64,000 nt of DNA from Macrostomum lignano (taxonomy: Eukaryota): contig NIVC01001859.1 of NCBI GenBank assembly GCA_002269645.1, positions 165,136-229,135 on the forward strand, read 5' to 3'. Shown here in pieces: positions 1 to 13,770 of this stretch; position 1 is the first letter of the stretch; each line of letters begins with the position of its first letter. The position numbers and the translations under genes were made by a program. The notes under the pieces are model-generated. The model searched no databases, was not told the origin of the DNA, and saw only the letters and a list, made by a program, of their open reading frames with translations.

Positions 1-750
1 CTTGTTCTGGTTCCAGAACCAGAACCAATTTGTGAAGTATAACTTTTTGTCTCCATAACTAGAGGGAGATATGTGCTATAAAGTTTTTATTATTGAATGA
101 CAATCGCCAAGAAGAAAGTGAAAAATTGTGCAAAGTGAGGCTGTTAAGGCAATCAAACATTTAACAGAATTAAATACTTCTATTGCTGTTTTTCTTCGAA
201 AATCCAAACTGATTTTGATTCTGGAATTGGTAATATGAAAAGCCTCTTTATTAGAGCTATATAAATTATTACTTAGGAATTGCTATTTCTATGTTAAATT
301 TGATATACTAGGCCCCTAACTATATTGATTATTTTAACTTGTGCTTGTTTGCACTCTCGGTATAAATGTCTAAGAGTTTTTAAGATTAATTTTGTTATAA
401 TTCCCAAATTCAAGATTATCCTGCCTAGGATCCTATCCTGCTTTGATTGACTCCAGCTTGCAACAAATAGAATATCATAGATAGTTTTTTTAGAGAAATT
501 TTATTTAAGAAACCATATTGCCATCTGATCCCAACAATCAAGTTAAAAAATAAAATGACAATTTTAATAGGCCAAGTTTAACCAATTAGCCTAATAATAA
601 AGTTATTTATTTGGTATGATTTTTTAGAAGTAGGGGGTCTGTATGAACAAGAGGCATTACTACCCATTCTGCCAACTTTCTGAGCAGGCATAGGTATGCA
701 GTCATACATACAGGCACACACTTATGCAAGAGTGTGCACATGCTTGGGCA

Positions 751-900
751 CAACCTAGAAATTCACCCAGTCATTTCTATTGGCAACACACACATGTAAG
801 TTGGTATTGTACAGAATAGTAGTCACGTGACTACTCTCAGCCAATAGCGACTTACATGTGTGTGTTGCCAATAGAAATGGCTGGGTGATTCCCAAGGTTG
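751..900. repeat. ~150-bp imperfect inverted repeat with a central 18-bp perfect palindrome (MITE/foldback-like)
   Basis: 751-809 (caacctagaaattcacccagtcatttctattggcaacacacacatgtaagttggtattg) is the near reverse complement of 842-900. The spacer contains the palindrome agtagtcacgtgactact at 818-835. Confidence 0.85.
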
Positions 901-1241
901 CGCATGTATGATGTGTGTGTTGCCAATAGAAATGGCTGGGTGATTCCCAAGGTTGCGCATGTATGATGTGTGTGTGTTGCCAATAGAAATGGCTGGGTGA
1001 TTCCCAAGGTTGCGCATGTATGATGTGTGTGTTGCCAATAGAAATGGCTGGGTGATTCCCAAGGTTGCGCATGTATGATGTGTGTGTGTTGCCAATAGAA
1101 ATGGCTGGGTGATTCCCAAGGTTGCGCATGTATGATGTGTGTGTTGCCAATAGAAATGGCTGGGTGATTCCCAAGGTTGCGCATGTATGATGTGTGTGTG
1201 TTGCCAATAGTAATGGGTGATCCCCAAGGTTGCGCATGTAT
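856..1241. repeat. Tandem repeat, ~7 units alternating 55 and 57 bp
   Basis: gttgccaatagaaatggctgggtgattcccaaggttgcgcatgtatgat recurs at 864, 919, 976, 1031, 1088, 1143 and 1200. Confidence 0.95.
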
Positions 1242-1463
1242 GAGTGTACAGCAGCCATAACTTTATTTATCAATAAACATGTACACTTCAACTGTGCCTT
1301 GGGGGGTTGGCCCTTAAGGGTGTTAATGGTATAAGTAGACCAAAGCAAGACTGAGACAAGTTTCTTTTAAATCACCTAAACATCCTACTATTGTTATTAT
1401 TTTTATGGTAACCCCAAAGAACATACTATAAGGAGTTAAGCAAAGCCACTAATACAATAAGCC

Positions 1464-2330
1464 ATGCGCTGGTACATCCACGTGACCTCAGTGCATAGCC
1501 TGCCACCGCCAGAGCTGGCTATGCCCACTCCGCCAGCCTCCGTAACCGTATGCGGCTTCGCCTCAACTGAATCTAGTCGTGCCATTGCTAATTTTGCTGC
1601 CGCAGAAGCTCGCCTATTGGGTGGCGCTTTAGCCAGTCTAGCTCCTGTGTCGCCTAGTGACAGCCTAGCAACCGGAGATTTACTAGTAGTTAGAGCGCCG
1701 CAAACTTCTCCATCAGCTGGCCGATATGCCAGAGCTCGTTTAGTTGCAATTGAAAATCTTATCGAGGGTAATAATATTGATCAACAGAGTAGTCTTCGAG
1801 TTCAACTACTGGATTATACCTGTCATGTCACTGGCCAACCATTGGAATTAGTTTCGAATCGTGTTGATTGTCGCAAATTTGTAGTGCCAAATCCTAGCGC
1901 AGAATCCGATGCAGAGGATATCGAAGAGTTTGTTAATTTGCCGCCAATGGGTAAATCTTTCTGCATAGCCGATGTGGCGGATATTGAGCCTGTTGATAAT
2001 CCTCTAACCGGGTGCTTAGCCGTTGTCACGGCAACCACGGAATCCACTCGTGACAATGCTAATCTACCATTAGTTCGACTGCGTCGTTTGACACCATTGG
2101 AACTGGCTAGCCCAAGGCATCGACACTCGGGCAGTCTGCACTGGACTGGCAGTCATTGGTCCGAGGAGCCCCTACACACAGCCGAATCGGACGCTCTAGC
2201 TCAGTTGGAAGTCTCTCAACTTAGAGAGTATATTATTCACTGCAATTGCTTGGCTGGCAGAGAACGAGCTTTGCGACTATTCGAAGAGAAAGTTCGACAA
2301 GATTGTATTAGTAGTGCTGGATCTAGTTGA
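1464..2330 (+). CDS. Intronless 288-aa protein with a divergent extended Tudor-like domain
   Basis: Open frame in unique, GC-richer sequence starting at gccATG. The motif order YIHVTSV..GDLLVVRA..RYARARLV..LRVQLLDY..FVNLPPMG..FCIADV..IEP matches the extended Tudor pattern (V-x-V-x-S-P / G-D-L-C-V-A / W-Y-R-A-x-V / V-x-F-V-D-Y-G / F-x-x-L-P-x-Q-A / C-x-L-A-x-V-x-P). Confidence 0.7.
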   Translation: MRWYIHVTSVHSLPPPELAMPTPPASVTVCGFASTESSRAIANFAAAEARLLGGALASLAPVSPSDSLATGDLLVVRAPQTSPSAGRYARARLVAIENLIEGNNIDQQSSLRVQLLDYTCHVTGQPLELVSNRVDCRKFVVPNPSAESDAEDIEEFVNLPPMGKSFCIADVADIEPVDNPLTGCLAVVTATTESTRDNANLPLVRLRRLTPLELASPRHRHSGSLHWTGSHWSEEPLHTAESDALAQLEVSQLREYIIHCNCLAGRERALRLFEEKVRQDCISSAGSS

Positions 2331-2714
2331 TTATAAAACAGATAATTTGCATTGAGCCTTGTAAAATGCGGCTGAGGTCATTTTTATATTGCAATCTCTA
2401 TTCAATCCCTGCGAGTAAAAGCGTTAAAGTTAAAATGCAAAAAATTATTGACGATACATCGTAAATAAGTGTTAATCTGTTGATGTTAACTTTAAAAAAG
2501 TCTAGACATCTTGTATATTATGTACGCCTCTGGAATGGCGCTACTTGAATTGCGCCCCTAAAATATCTATGGCGCCCCCTGGAGAGCGATGGCGCCCCTT
2601 GAATATCTATGGCGCCCCTTCAATAGCGATGGTGCCCTTTGAAATCGTTCTCTCTGATAGACCTCAAACCGTTTTCTCTTGAAAAAATAAATTAACTGAG
2701 GTGAGATCTCTCAA

Positions 2715-4512
2715 ACCCCCAATGTACTCTCTCTAACCCAGTCAGCCCTCACAGACCCCTCAATGTACACTCTCTAACCCAGTCAGCCCTCACAGACCCC
2801 TCAATGTACACTCTCTAACCCAGTCAACCCTCTCAGACCCCTCAATGTACACTCTCTAACCCAGTCAACCCTCATAGACCCCTCAATGTACACTCTCTAA
2901 CCTAGTCAACCCTCTCAGACCCCTCAATGTACACTCTCTAATCCAGTCAATCCTCTCAGCAGATCCCTCAATGTACACTCTCTAACCCAGTCAGCCCTCA
3001 CAGACCCCTCAATGTACACTCTCTAACCCAGTCAGCCCTCACAGACCCCTCAATGTACACTCTCTAACCCAGTCAACCCTCACAGACCCCTCAATGTACA
3101 CTCTCTAACCCAGTCAGCCCTCACAGGCCCCTCAATGTTCACTCTCTAACCCAGTCAGCCCTCACAGACCCCTCAATGTACACTCTCTAACCCAGTCAGC
3201 CCTCACAGGCCCCTCAATGTACACTCTCTAACCCAGTCAATCCTTACAGACCCCTCAATGTACACTCTCTAACCCAGTCAGCCCTCACAGACCCCTCAAT
3301 GTACACTCTCTAACCCAGTCAGCCCTCACAGACCCCTCAATGTACACTCTCTAACCCAGTCAGCCTTCACAGACCCCTCAATGTACACTCTCTAACCCAG
3401 TCAGCCCTCACAGACCCCTCAATGTACACTCTCTAACCCAGTCAATCCTCACAGACCCCTCAATGTACACTCTCTAACCCAGTCAGCCCTCACAGGCCCC
3501 TCAATGTACACTCTCTAACCCAGTCAGCCCTCACAGACCCCTCAATGTACACTCTCTAACCCAGTCAGCCCTCACAGGCCCCTCAATGTACACTCTCTAA
3601 CCCAGTCAATCCTCACAGACCCCTCAATGTACACTCTCTAACCCAGTCAATCCTCACAGACCCCTCAATGTACACTCTCTAACCCAGTCAGCCCTCACAG
3701 GCCCCTCAATGTACACTCTCTAACCCAGTCAGCCCTCACAGACCCCTCAATGTACACTCTCTAACCCAGTCAGCCCTCACAGGCCCCTCAATGTACACTC
3801 TCTAACCCAGTCAATCCTCACAGACCCCTCAATGTACACTCTCTAACCCAGTCAGCCCTCACAGACCCCTCAATGTACACTCTCTAACCCAGTCAATCCT
3901 CACAGACCCCTCAATGTACACTCTCTAACCCAATCAACCCTCTCAGACCCCTCAATGTACACTCTCTAACCCAGTCAACCCTCAGACCCCTCAATGTACA
4001 CTCTCTAATCCAGTCAACCCTCACAGGCCCCTCAATGTACACTCTCTAACCCAGTCAACCCTCAGACCCCTCAATGTACACTCTCTAATCCAGTCAACCC
4101 TCACAGGCCCCTCAATGTACACTCTATAACCCAGTCAGCCCTCAGACCCCTCAATGTACACTCTCTAATCCAGTCAACCCTCACAGGCCCCTCAATGTAC
4201 ACTCTCTAACCCAGTCAACCCTCAGACCCCTCAATGTACACTCTCTAATCCAGTCAACCCTCACAGACCCCTCAATGTACACTCTCTAACCCAGTCAACC
4301 CTCTCAGACCCCTCAATGTACACTCTCTAACCCAGTCAACCCTCAGACCCCTCAATGTACACTCTCTAATCCAGTCAACCCTCACAGGCCCCTCAATGTA
4401 CACTCTCTAACCCAGTCAACCCTCAGACCCCTCAATGTACACTCTCTAATCCAGTCAACCCTCACAGGCCCCTCAATGTACACTCTCTAACCCAGTCAGC
4501 CCTCACAGGCCC
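2715..4512. repeat. 41-bp minisatellite, ~44 copies
   Basis: Unit caatgtacactctctaacccagtcagccctcacagacccct at 2720, 2761, 2802 and onward; some 39-bp variants toward the end. Confidence 0.97.
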
Positions 4513-5439
4513 CTGTTATAATTATTACACAAGCATGAAAGAATTTTCATGCAAACAGATCGAATAATCAATTTTCAATCACTTGTGTTTTAAGTATTCT
4601 TTCCTCTTATTAATTGCATCACTGATCACTGGCTAGAGAATTATCATTCATTTTTTTTATTTTTGGGTGCTTTTTTGCTTAACTTATTTTAATTTAAATT
4701 CTGCAAATAGTGTCCCTATTTTTTCCGTATCTTTGTCCTTTGACAGCTTGCTAGCTCTTTAATATATCGGCCTTATCTGTGCACCGATTTATGCTATTCT
4801 AATATTTTGTTTTTTTGCTTTTAATTTTTTATTTTTCTTAGTATTTTTCAATTTATCGCGTTTATTTGTCAACTGTTTTTGTTTGTTTATCCGTGTTATG
4901 ATTATTTAAATTTCAAATTTTCAATTCAGTTGATAGTTCCTCTACTTTTAGTAATATATATAATTAAGTGTATATATTTATGTGTAAATATATTTGAATT
5001 AATTTTTCATTTTTCATTTTGTCGTATCTCTTTTACCCCGCCCCGATCAGTTCTTTTCTTAAATGTTTTTTTTCTGAATTCAAATCTGGTTTATGCTACT
5101 ATGTAGCTCTTTAAGTGTGTATAAAACGCAATATTGTGTATTGCCAGTATTTTAGTGCAAAATCAGCACAACTGTTAGATTTAAAGCGTTCTTTTATTAA
5201 AATATATTCATATTATAGCTGTTCATAAAATCATTAGGTTTTAAGTTCTGTGTCAAATTTTTCTCCAAATTTACTAATATTGGACTTCTACCTTTGTTTT
5301 AACAAGTTTTTGTCGGTGTCTTTTTTTTCTCTACAAAATCATAGTTTCATGTAGACAGTTTATCTTAGGGTTTATACTACTTATTATCTAAGTAGCATAT
5401 AGTGATTTTTTAATTATCTGCTATCACTAGAATCTGCTA

Positions 5440-5617
5440 CATAAGAAACTTCTACCTACCTTAAAATCTACCATGCAGCTAGTAAGAAACTGCCACCTAC
5501 CATAGAATCTGCCACCTACCTTAGAAACTGCCAACTATTTTAGAATCTGCTAACTACTTTAGAATCTGACAACTACTTAAGAATCTGCCAACTACTTTAG
5601 AATCTGCCAACTACTTA
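5440..5617. repeat. Degenerate ~19-bp tandem repeat just upstream of the Max gene
   Basis: agaatctgccaactacttt-like units. Confidence 0.8.
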
Positions 5618-5682
5618 AGAAACAACATTTTCAACAATATTTTGTCAATAAAACCTTCATGCAGTAGCAGCACCAAATCAAC

Positions 5683-7774
5683 ATGCAAGATTACGAGAAC
5701 GATCTGGACATAGACGACTTCGAGGAGGATGGCGAGGACGACGAAGAGCTGGAGGACAATCTCGAGCTGGCCGTTGTGCCCGCCGGCGCCCAGCTGACCG
5801 GAGATCGAATCGAGGACGCCAAGCGGACCCATCATAATCGGTTGGAGAAGCGGCGAAGGCAGAGCCTTCGGGCCTCTTATCAGCGGCTGCTGCACGCGCT
5901 GCCAGCCTCGCCGTCTGGCAGCAACGGAGCTGGCGGCGGCAGCGGAGGCGGAGGCGGCGGCAGCAGCGGCGGCAGCGGAGCGGCCAGCAGCAACGGTTGC
6001 GGCGGAGTTCAAACCGGACCAGGCCTCAGTCGGGACAAGGCTTCTAGGGCTCAGATACTGCAGAGAGCGGTGGGTGACTGGGGACTGCGGAACAGTGTCA
6101 CCGAGGCTGCATGTTAGTTAGTGGTTAGTTTGCCTAGCAACCATTTGGCGTCATTAGCAACAAATTGTATCTTTCTCAGCAATTAGTGGGGAAGCTTTAG
6201 TAACCATTTGGCGTCCCTAGCAACCACGTACTACCCTAGCAACCGTTTGGCGTCCCTAGCAACCATTGGCGTCCCTAGCAACCATTAGGCTCCTAGCAAC
6301 CAGTTAGCTACCCTATCAACCACTTTATAGCTATCCTAGCAACCAATTAGCCACTCTAACAATCACTTTATAGCTACCCTAGCAACCACTTAGCTTTTCT
6401 AACAACCATTTGGCGTCCATGGCGACCAGGTAGCTACCGTAACAACAGCCATTTGGCGTTCCTAGCAACCACTTAGCTACCCCAGCAACCACTTAGCTAC
6501 CCCAGCAACCACTTAGCTACCCTAGCAACCACTTAGCTACCCTAGCAACCATTTGGCGTCCCCAGCAATCACTTAGCTACCCCAGCAACCACTTAGCTAC
6601 ACTAACAACCATTTGGCGTCCCTAGCAAACACTTAGCTACCCTAGCAACTAAAAAGGGCTACTTGGTGTCCTTAGAAAGCTTCGCTTCCTTTCAGCGTCC
6701 CTAACAACTTCTTTGGGACCCTGGCAACCACTTTTAGATTTATAAGATTTTGTATGTTTTGGGTTCAGACAAAAACTATACATTTCTATTTTTTGTACCT
6801 GTTTTAGTTGAAAACTAAAACGCGTATATGTTGCTTGATTCGCAGGTTGACTACATCAAGGAGCTGCAAAGCATCACCCGCAACCAGAGCGACGATCTGG
6901 CTAGAATTGATCGCGAGAACGAGGTGCTTAGTAATGAAATAGAAGGTACGCAAAATTGATTGATTAAATATTCTAGTTATTAGTATCTATTTTATGCACC
7001 ATTAATAGCTATATACTCGTACTCCTAGGCAATCATTTGATTGTGCATGGCAACCAAGTTGACGTTTCTGACAACCATTTTAACGTTCTTGGCAACCAGT
7101 CTTAGTAACCCTAACAATAATTTTTAGTGACATTGGCAACGATTTAGTACCCCTGACATCCAAAACCATTTTTGCGACCCCAGTAACCATTTCTAGCGTC
7201 CCTAAAAACCATTTTTGTAACCCTAGTAACTATTTCTAGCGTCCTTGACAACCACATTGTGACCCTAGTAACCATTTATAGTGTCCTTGACAACCACATT
7301 GTGACCCTAGTAACCATTTATAGCGTCCTTGACAACCATTCTCTGACATTAGTAACTATTTCTAGCGTCCTTGACAACCATTTTGTGACCCTAGTAACTA
7401 TTTCTAGCGTCCTTGACAACCATTTTGTGACCCTAGTAACTATTTCTAGCGTCCTTGACAACCATTTTTGTGGCCCTAGTAACCATTTCTAGCGTCCTTG
7501 ACAACCATTTTTTGTGACCCTAGCAACGATTCTTTAGCGCCCTTTGCAACTATTGTTTTCTATAGTTTTTATTGTTTTCAAATAAACGTTCGCAGACTTG
7601 GAGCAGGCGGTTGCCTCGGCCAATCAGCTGGTGAACCAGGACGACTTGCCGCCAAGTCCTCCAACCAGCCCGGAGACTGATCAGGATGCGGAGCCCGACT
7701 ATCAGGGTGGCCGTCAGCAGCAGCAGCAGGTTCAGCACCCGGTGCCAATGAAACGCATGAAATATTCGGGCTAA
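5683..7774 (+). CDS. max: Max-like bHLH-leucine zipper transcription factor, 221 aa; exons 5683-6069, 6846-6945, 7596-7774
   Basis: Acidic N-terminus; basic region KRTHHNRLEKRRR with the H-E-R triad; helix 2 DKASRAQILQRA|VDYIKELQ (Max: EKASRAQILDKATEYI); zipper and C-terminal basic tail MKRMKYSG*. Introns are GT-AG and phases match (0, 1); total 666 nt. Confidence 0.88.
6130..6650. repeat. Degenerate ~20-bp repeat in Max intron 1
   Basis: ctagcaaccacttagctacc / ctagcaaccatttggcgtcc units. Confidence 0.85.
7150..7540. repeat. 39-bp tandem repeat in Max intron 2
   Basis: gtgaccctagtaactatttctagcgtccttgacaaccat-like units; translates with a 13-aa period. Confidence 0.9.
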
Positions 7775-8064
7775 TTGAATCCCTGATACGTTTGCAATTG
7801 AGACGCAATTGAGATTAATAATAAAATGGCAATTGCTAATTGCTTAATAATATTCTAAACTTTTTGAAGCTGAGATATTATAATTTGTTGTTCTTTTGTT
7901 TTTCTTGTAGACTTTCCATTTTTAATCTGTGCTTATTTCATTATTATGTCAATTGTTTATTGACAACATATTCAGTAATAGGCGTGTTTTTGACTGTTAA
8001 CCATCACCATATATAATAATGCTACACTGTCTTCTCAGAGTTTAGCTACAGGGTAATTTATGAA

Positions 8065-8320
8065 GCCTGTTGTACATTGCAGCCAGGTCTTGTACATTAC
8101 AGACAAGTCTTGTACATTACAGACAGGTCTTGTACATTACAGACAAGTCTTGTACATTACAGACAAGTCTTGTACATTACACAGCCAGGTCTTGTACATT
8201 ACAGACAGGTCTTGTACATTACACAGCCAGGTATTGTACGTTACAGACAGGTCTTGTACATTACACAGCCAGGTCTTGTATATCTTGTATTACAGACAAG
8301 TCTTGTACATTACAGACGGG
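8065..8320. repeat. ~20-bp minisatellite
   Basis: gtcttgtacattacagacag units. Confidence 0.92.
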
Positions 8321-9054
8321 GTGTAATATTACAAACAAATCCTGCATATTACAGAAACGAATTATCCAAAAAATAATTGCATGTCTTATCTAGAGAATTT
8401 TAAGTACATTTAAAGGGCCTCTTACATTACAGATGGTTTCTGTAAGTTACAATTTGGGTCAAATTACAAAGACAGTTAAAACAAGTTTTAATAATTAAGT
8501 ACTTATTACTCAAGCGCATATCAACATGCTATTGTTAAATCAATAAACATTAATCCCAAATCCCAGATCCCAAAAAGTCAATGTTAATTTTTGTAAATAG
8601 ATTGTGAACTAAAATGAATTTTAAACAACACTTTATATTCATTAATCTGTTAGTGTTGGTTAGTAAGCTTACTAATGCACCGCTTATTCCTAAATCATTA
8701 GCTAAATATTGTAATGTCTCGGAATGTTAATTTATTTATATCTTCTGCTTATAATAATCTGTCTATCTTCTATCTAGTCACTTAGCATCGCTCCTGCACA
8801 TCTCTGTAGCTATATTCGATAAGTACAAGTTGCACTAATAATCAATTGCAGCCGCAGTATTTAAGTGACCTATTTATGCTACCCTGCAACACTATTCTCT
8901 CCTAGATTCTCAGACCGCTTACTTGCTTATGCATGGACCATGGCGTGTTGTGTTTTCTGTTATTATTTGGCATCCAATAAAACTCAGGATTACTCTGTCC
9001 TTAGTTAATGCTTTTGATTGTTGGTCATTTTATTATTTGTTATGATACAGTCAG

Positions 9055-9497
9055 ACTTACTTAGAGTTCGATTCGTAGGCTCCAGACAGTCTTAGTGCTT
9101 CTGATTGAGTGACAGACATTGTGAGTGCTTCTGATTGAGTGACAGACAGTCTGAGTGCTTCTGATTGAGTGACAGACAGTCTGAGTGCTTCTGATTGAGT
9201 GACAGACAGTCTGAGTGCTTCTGATTGAGTGACAGACAGTCTGAGTGCTTCTGATTGAGTGACAGACAGTCTGAGTGCTTCTGATTGAGTGACAGACAGT
9301 CTTAGTGCTTCTGATTGAGTGACAGACAGTCTGAGTGCTTCTTGTTGAGTGGCAGACATTCTTAGTGCTTCTTGTTGAGTGAGTAACAGACAGTCGAGTG
9401 CTTCTGATTGAGTGACAGACATTGTGAGTGCTTCTGATTGAGTGACAGACAGTCTGAGTGCTTTTGATTGAGGGACAGACAGTCTGAGTGCTTCTCA
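9055..9497. repeat. 30-bp minisatellite directly upstream of CMC1
   Basis: ctgagtgcttctgattgagtgacagacagt units. Confidence 0.95.
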
Positions 9498-9560
9498 CAT
9501 TGAGCTCTCCAATTTCGGTCAATTCTTGCATGCTCTGCCGCCTTCTCCCCTGTCGCACGC

Positions 9561-11324
<1,764 letters not shown>

Positions 11325-12214
11325 TATAAACTTTTTAGTTGCATTATTATATCCTTAGTGTATTTCAGCCCAGTTTTAAGTAGTTCGTTAAATTAAAAAG
11401 TTTTTGAACAGTTTGTTATCTTGAGATAACAAAATGCCTATCTTAGTCTTTATTATGACGTCATCAATCAATTGTTGATTTTAGTGACGTCATCAATAAA
11501 CTTTGTATTTTAGTGTTGGCGTTCTATAGGATTCCGTGATGCCATTCTATAGGATTCTATGACGCCTTTCTATAGGATTCTATGACGCCATTCTATAGGA
11601 TTGTGTGACGTCATTTTATGTGATTCTATGAAGTCATTCTATTGGATTTTGTGACGTTATTCTTTAGGATTCTGTGACGTCATTCTATAGAATTTTGTGG
11701 CGTCATTGTTCCGACCCAATATGGTAATGATGACGCCATCCTACTCAATGTCATCCTAGTTGGTTCATCAATGACGTCACCCTCCAGACCAGTTCAAATT
11801 ATGACGTTATTGTTCTACAGAATCACAAGAAATTAGTTTGGAAAGTTGATTACTGCCGAATATTCTGAAAGTGTTGAACATCTCTACACCAGACCGTTGA
11901 AAAACTTTTTTGTGCTTTTTCAATTGCCTAGAACCTAATTGTTGCTAGTTAACTCGTAATCAGTTTTCTTCTTTTGCCGCTAGCTTCTTTTGAATTAAGG
12001 CCCTGTAATGCAGATTTCGGTGTGTAAAGAATAAATTTGATTATATACCTGCGAGTCTGCGCGATTTGAAAGCATTTTGTTTTATAGGCGCAAGCTTCGA
12101 TTTCTGACACTAAAATTTTGCTTTTTTATGCTCTCAGAGCTGCCCCATCCTTATCTCTTTTGTACTTAAAGGGTGATTATTGAGATCACGAGATGCTGAC
12201 TAAAGCAGTCTGCC

Positions 12215-12295
12215 ATTTATCTTTGATCTATCTTTCCATCCATCAATCCATCCATCCATCTATCTATCTATCTATCGAACTATCTATCTATCTAA

Positions 12296-12346
<51 letters not shown>

Positions 12347-12347
12347 A

Positions 12348-12384
<37 letters not shown>

Positions 12385-12405
12385 CATCAATCTATCTATC
12401 CATCA

Positions 12406-12444
<39 letters not shown>

Positions 12445-12449
12445 CATCA

Positions 12450-12503
<54 letters not shown>

Positions 12504-12602
12504 GTATCTATCTATCTATCTATCTATCTGTCTATCTATCTATCTATCTATCTGTCTGTCTATCTATCTGTCTGTCTATCTATCTATCTATCTATCTGTC
12601 TG

Positions 12603-12653
<51 letters not shown>

Positions 12654-12654
12654 G

Positions 12655-12715
<61 letters not shown>

Positions 12716-12716
12716 A
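12215..12716. repeat. (TATC)n microsatellite
   Basis: Direct reading. Confidence 0.97.
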
Positions 12717-13334
12717 CTAGTATTACTCATCAAGGAGAGTTGCTGCGGCCCTTATCGCCCTCCCTCATCTCTCTCCCTCCTCTCCGACCTCATCTATCTG
12801 TCTCTCAACTGTTCCTCTCCTTTCTCTTCCCTTTCAATTAGAATTTCGTCATTTCAATTTTGCAGTGCTTTTATCCTCACCCCCCGTACGCAGTCCTTTA
12901 ATTACCAGGTATGTCATATCTACCTTGGCTGTAAATTTTTGTAGCAGCAGTTACATACACGCCTGGCAAGGTTTTGAATTAAAAAATTAGCTATCTCTAT
13001 TGTTTATATCCCGTGCGGCAAGCTGCATGGTAAGAGATAGTTCACTATCCTCTCCCCCATTGGCCAATAAGCTGCTCGCAATAATGCTTGAAATGTCTGC
13101 ATAAAAAATTTGGCAAAGCACTGAGCTGGGTCAGGCTTTTGTTTGCAAGGCTCCTGGTCACAAATTAATATAACACTAAATCGCTCAAGATATCCACGAC
13201 AAATCTTGCTTGGTAAGTTAGCAACCTTGTAGTCAGGACAATATTTACCGGAAAATACCAAAAAACTGCATGCAGTTTCCTGGGAATTTACATTTCTGAC
13301 CATAGACAGCAACAGTTTGCTGGATGACCAGTGG

Positions 13335-13770
13335 CATCTCTCTAATCTCCTCTCTCCTCTCCTCTTGTCTCCTCTCCCTTCACTCCTCTCTGGCTCTCTC
13401 TCCTCTTCTCTTTCCTCTCCCTTCAGTCCTCTCTCCTCTTCTCTCTTCTCTCCCTTCACTCCTTTCTCTTCTTTCTCCTCTTCTCTCCTCTCCCTTAACT
13501 CCTCCTCTCCATTCACTCTACTCTCCTTTCTCCTCTCCTCTCCTCTCTTTTCACTCCTGTCTCCTCTCTTCTCCTCTCCCTTCACTCATCTCATCTCTTC
13601 TCTCCTCTCCCTTCACTCATCTCTCCTCTCTCTCCTCTCCTCTCTTTTCACTCCTGTCTCCTCTCTTCTCCTCTCCCTTCACTCATCTCATCTCTTCTCT
13701 CCTCTCCCTTCACTCATTTCATCTCTCCTCTCCTCTCCCTTCTCTCATCTCTCCTCTCTCTCCTCCCCTC
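13335..13770. repeat. CT-rich low-complexity tract
   Basis: Polypyrimidine tract with tctcctc-type units. Confidence 0.93.

Noticed and set aside
2715-4512. TAACCC telomere-like hexamer in the 41-bp repeat
   Set aside because: One hexamer per unit, never in tandem; not a telomeric array.
13004-13340. ~110-codon unique minus-strand open frame next to a CT tract
   Set aside because: No recognisable motif, no convincing splice partners, AT-rich; compatible with chance.
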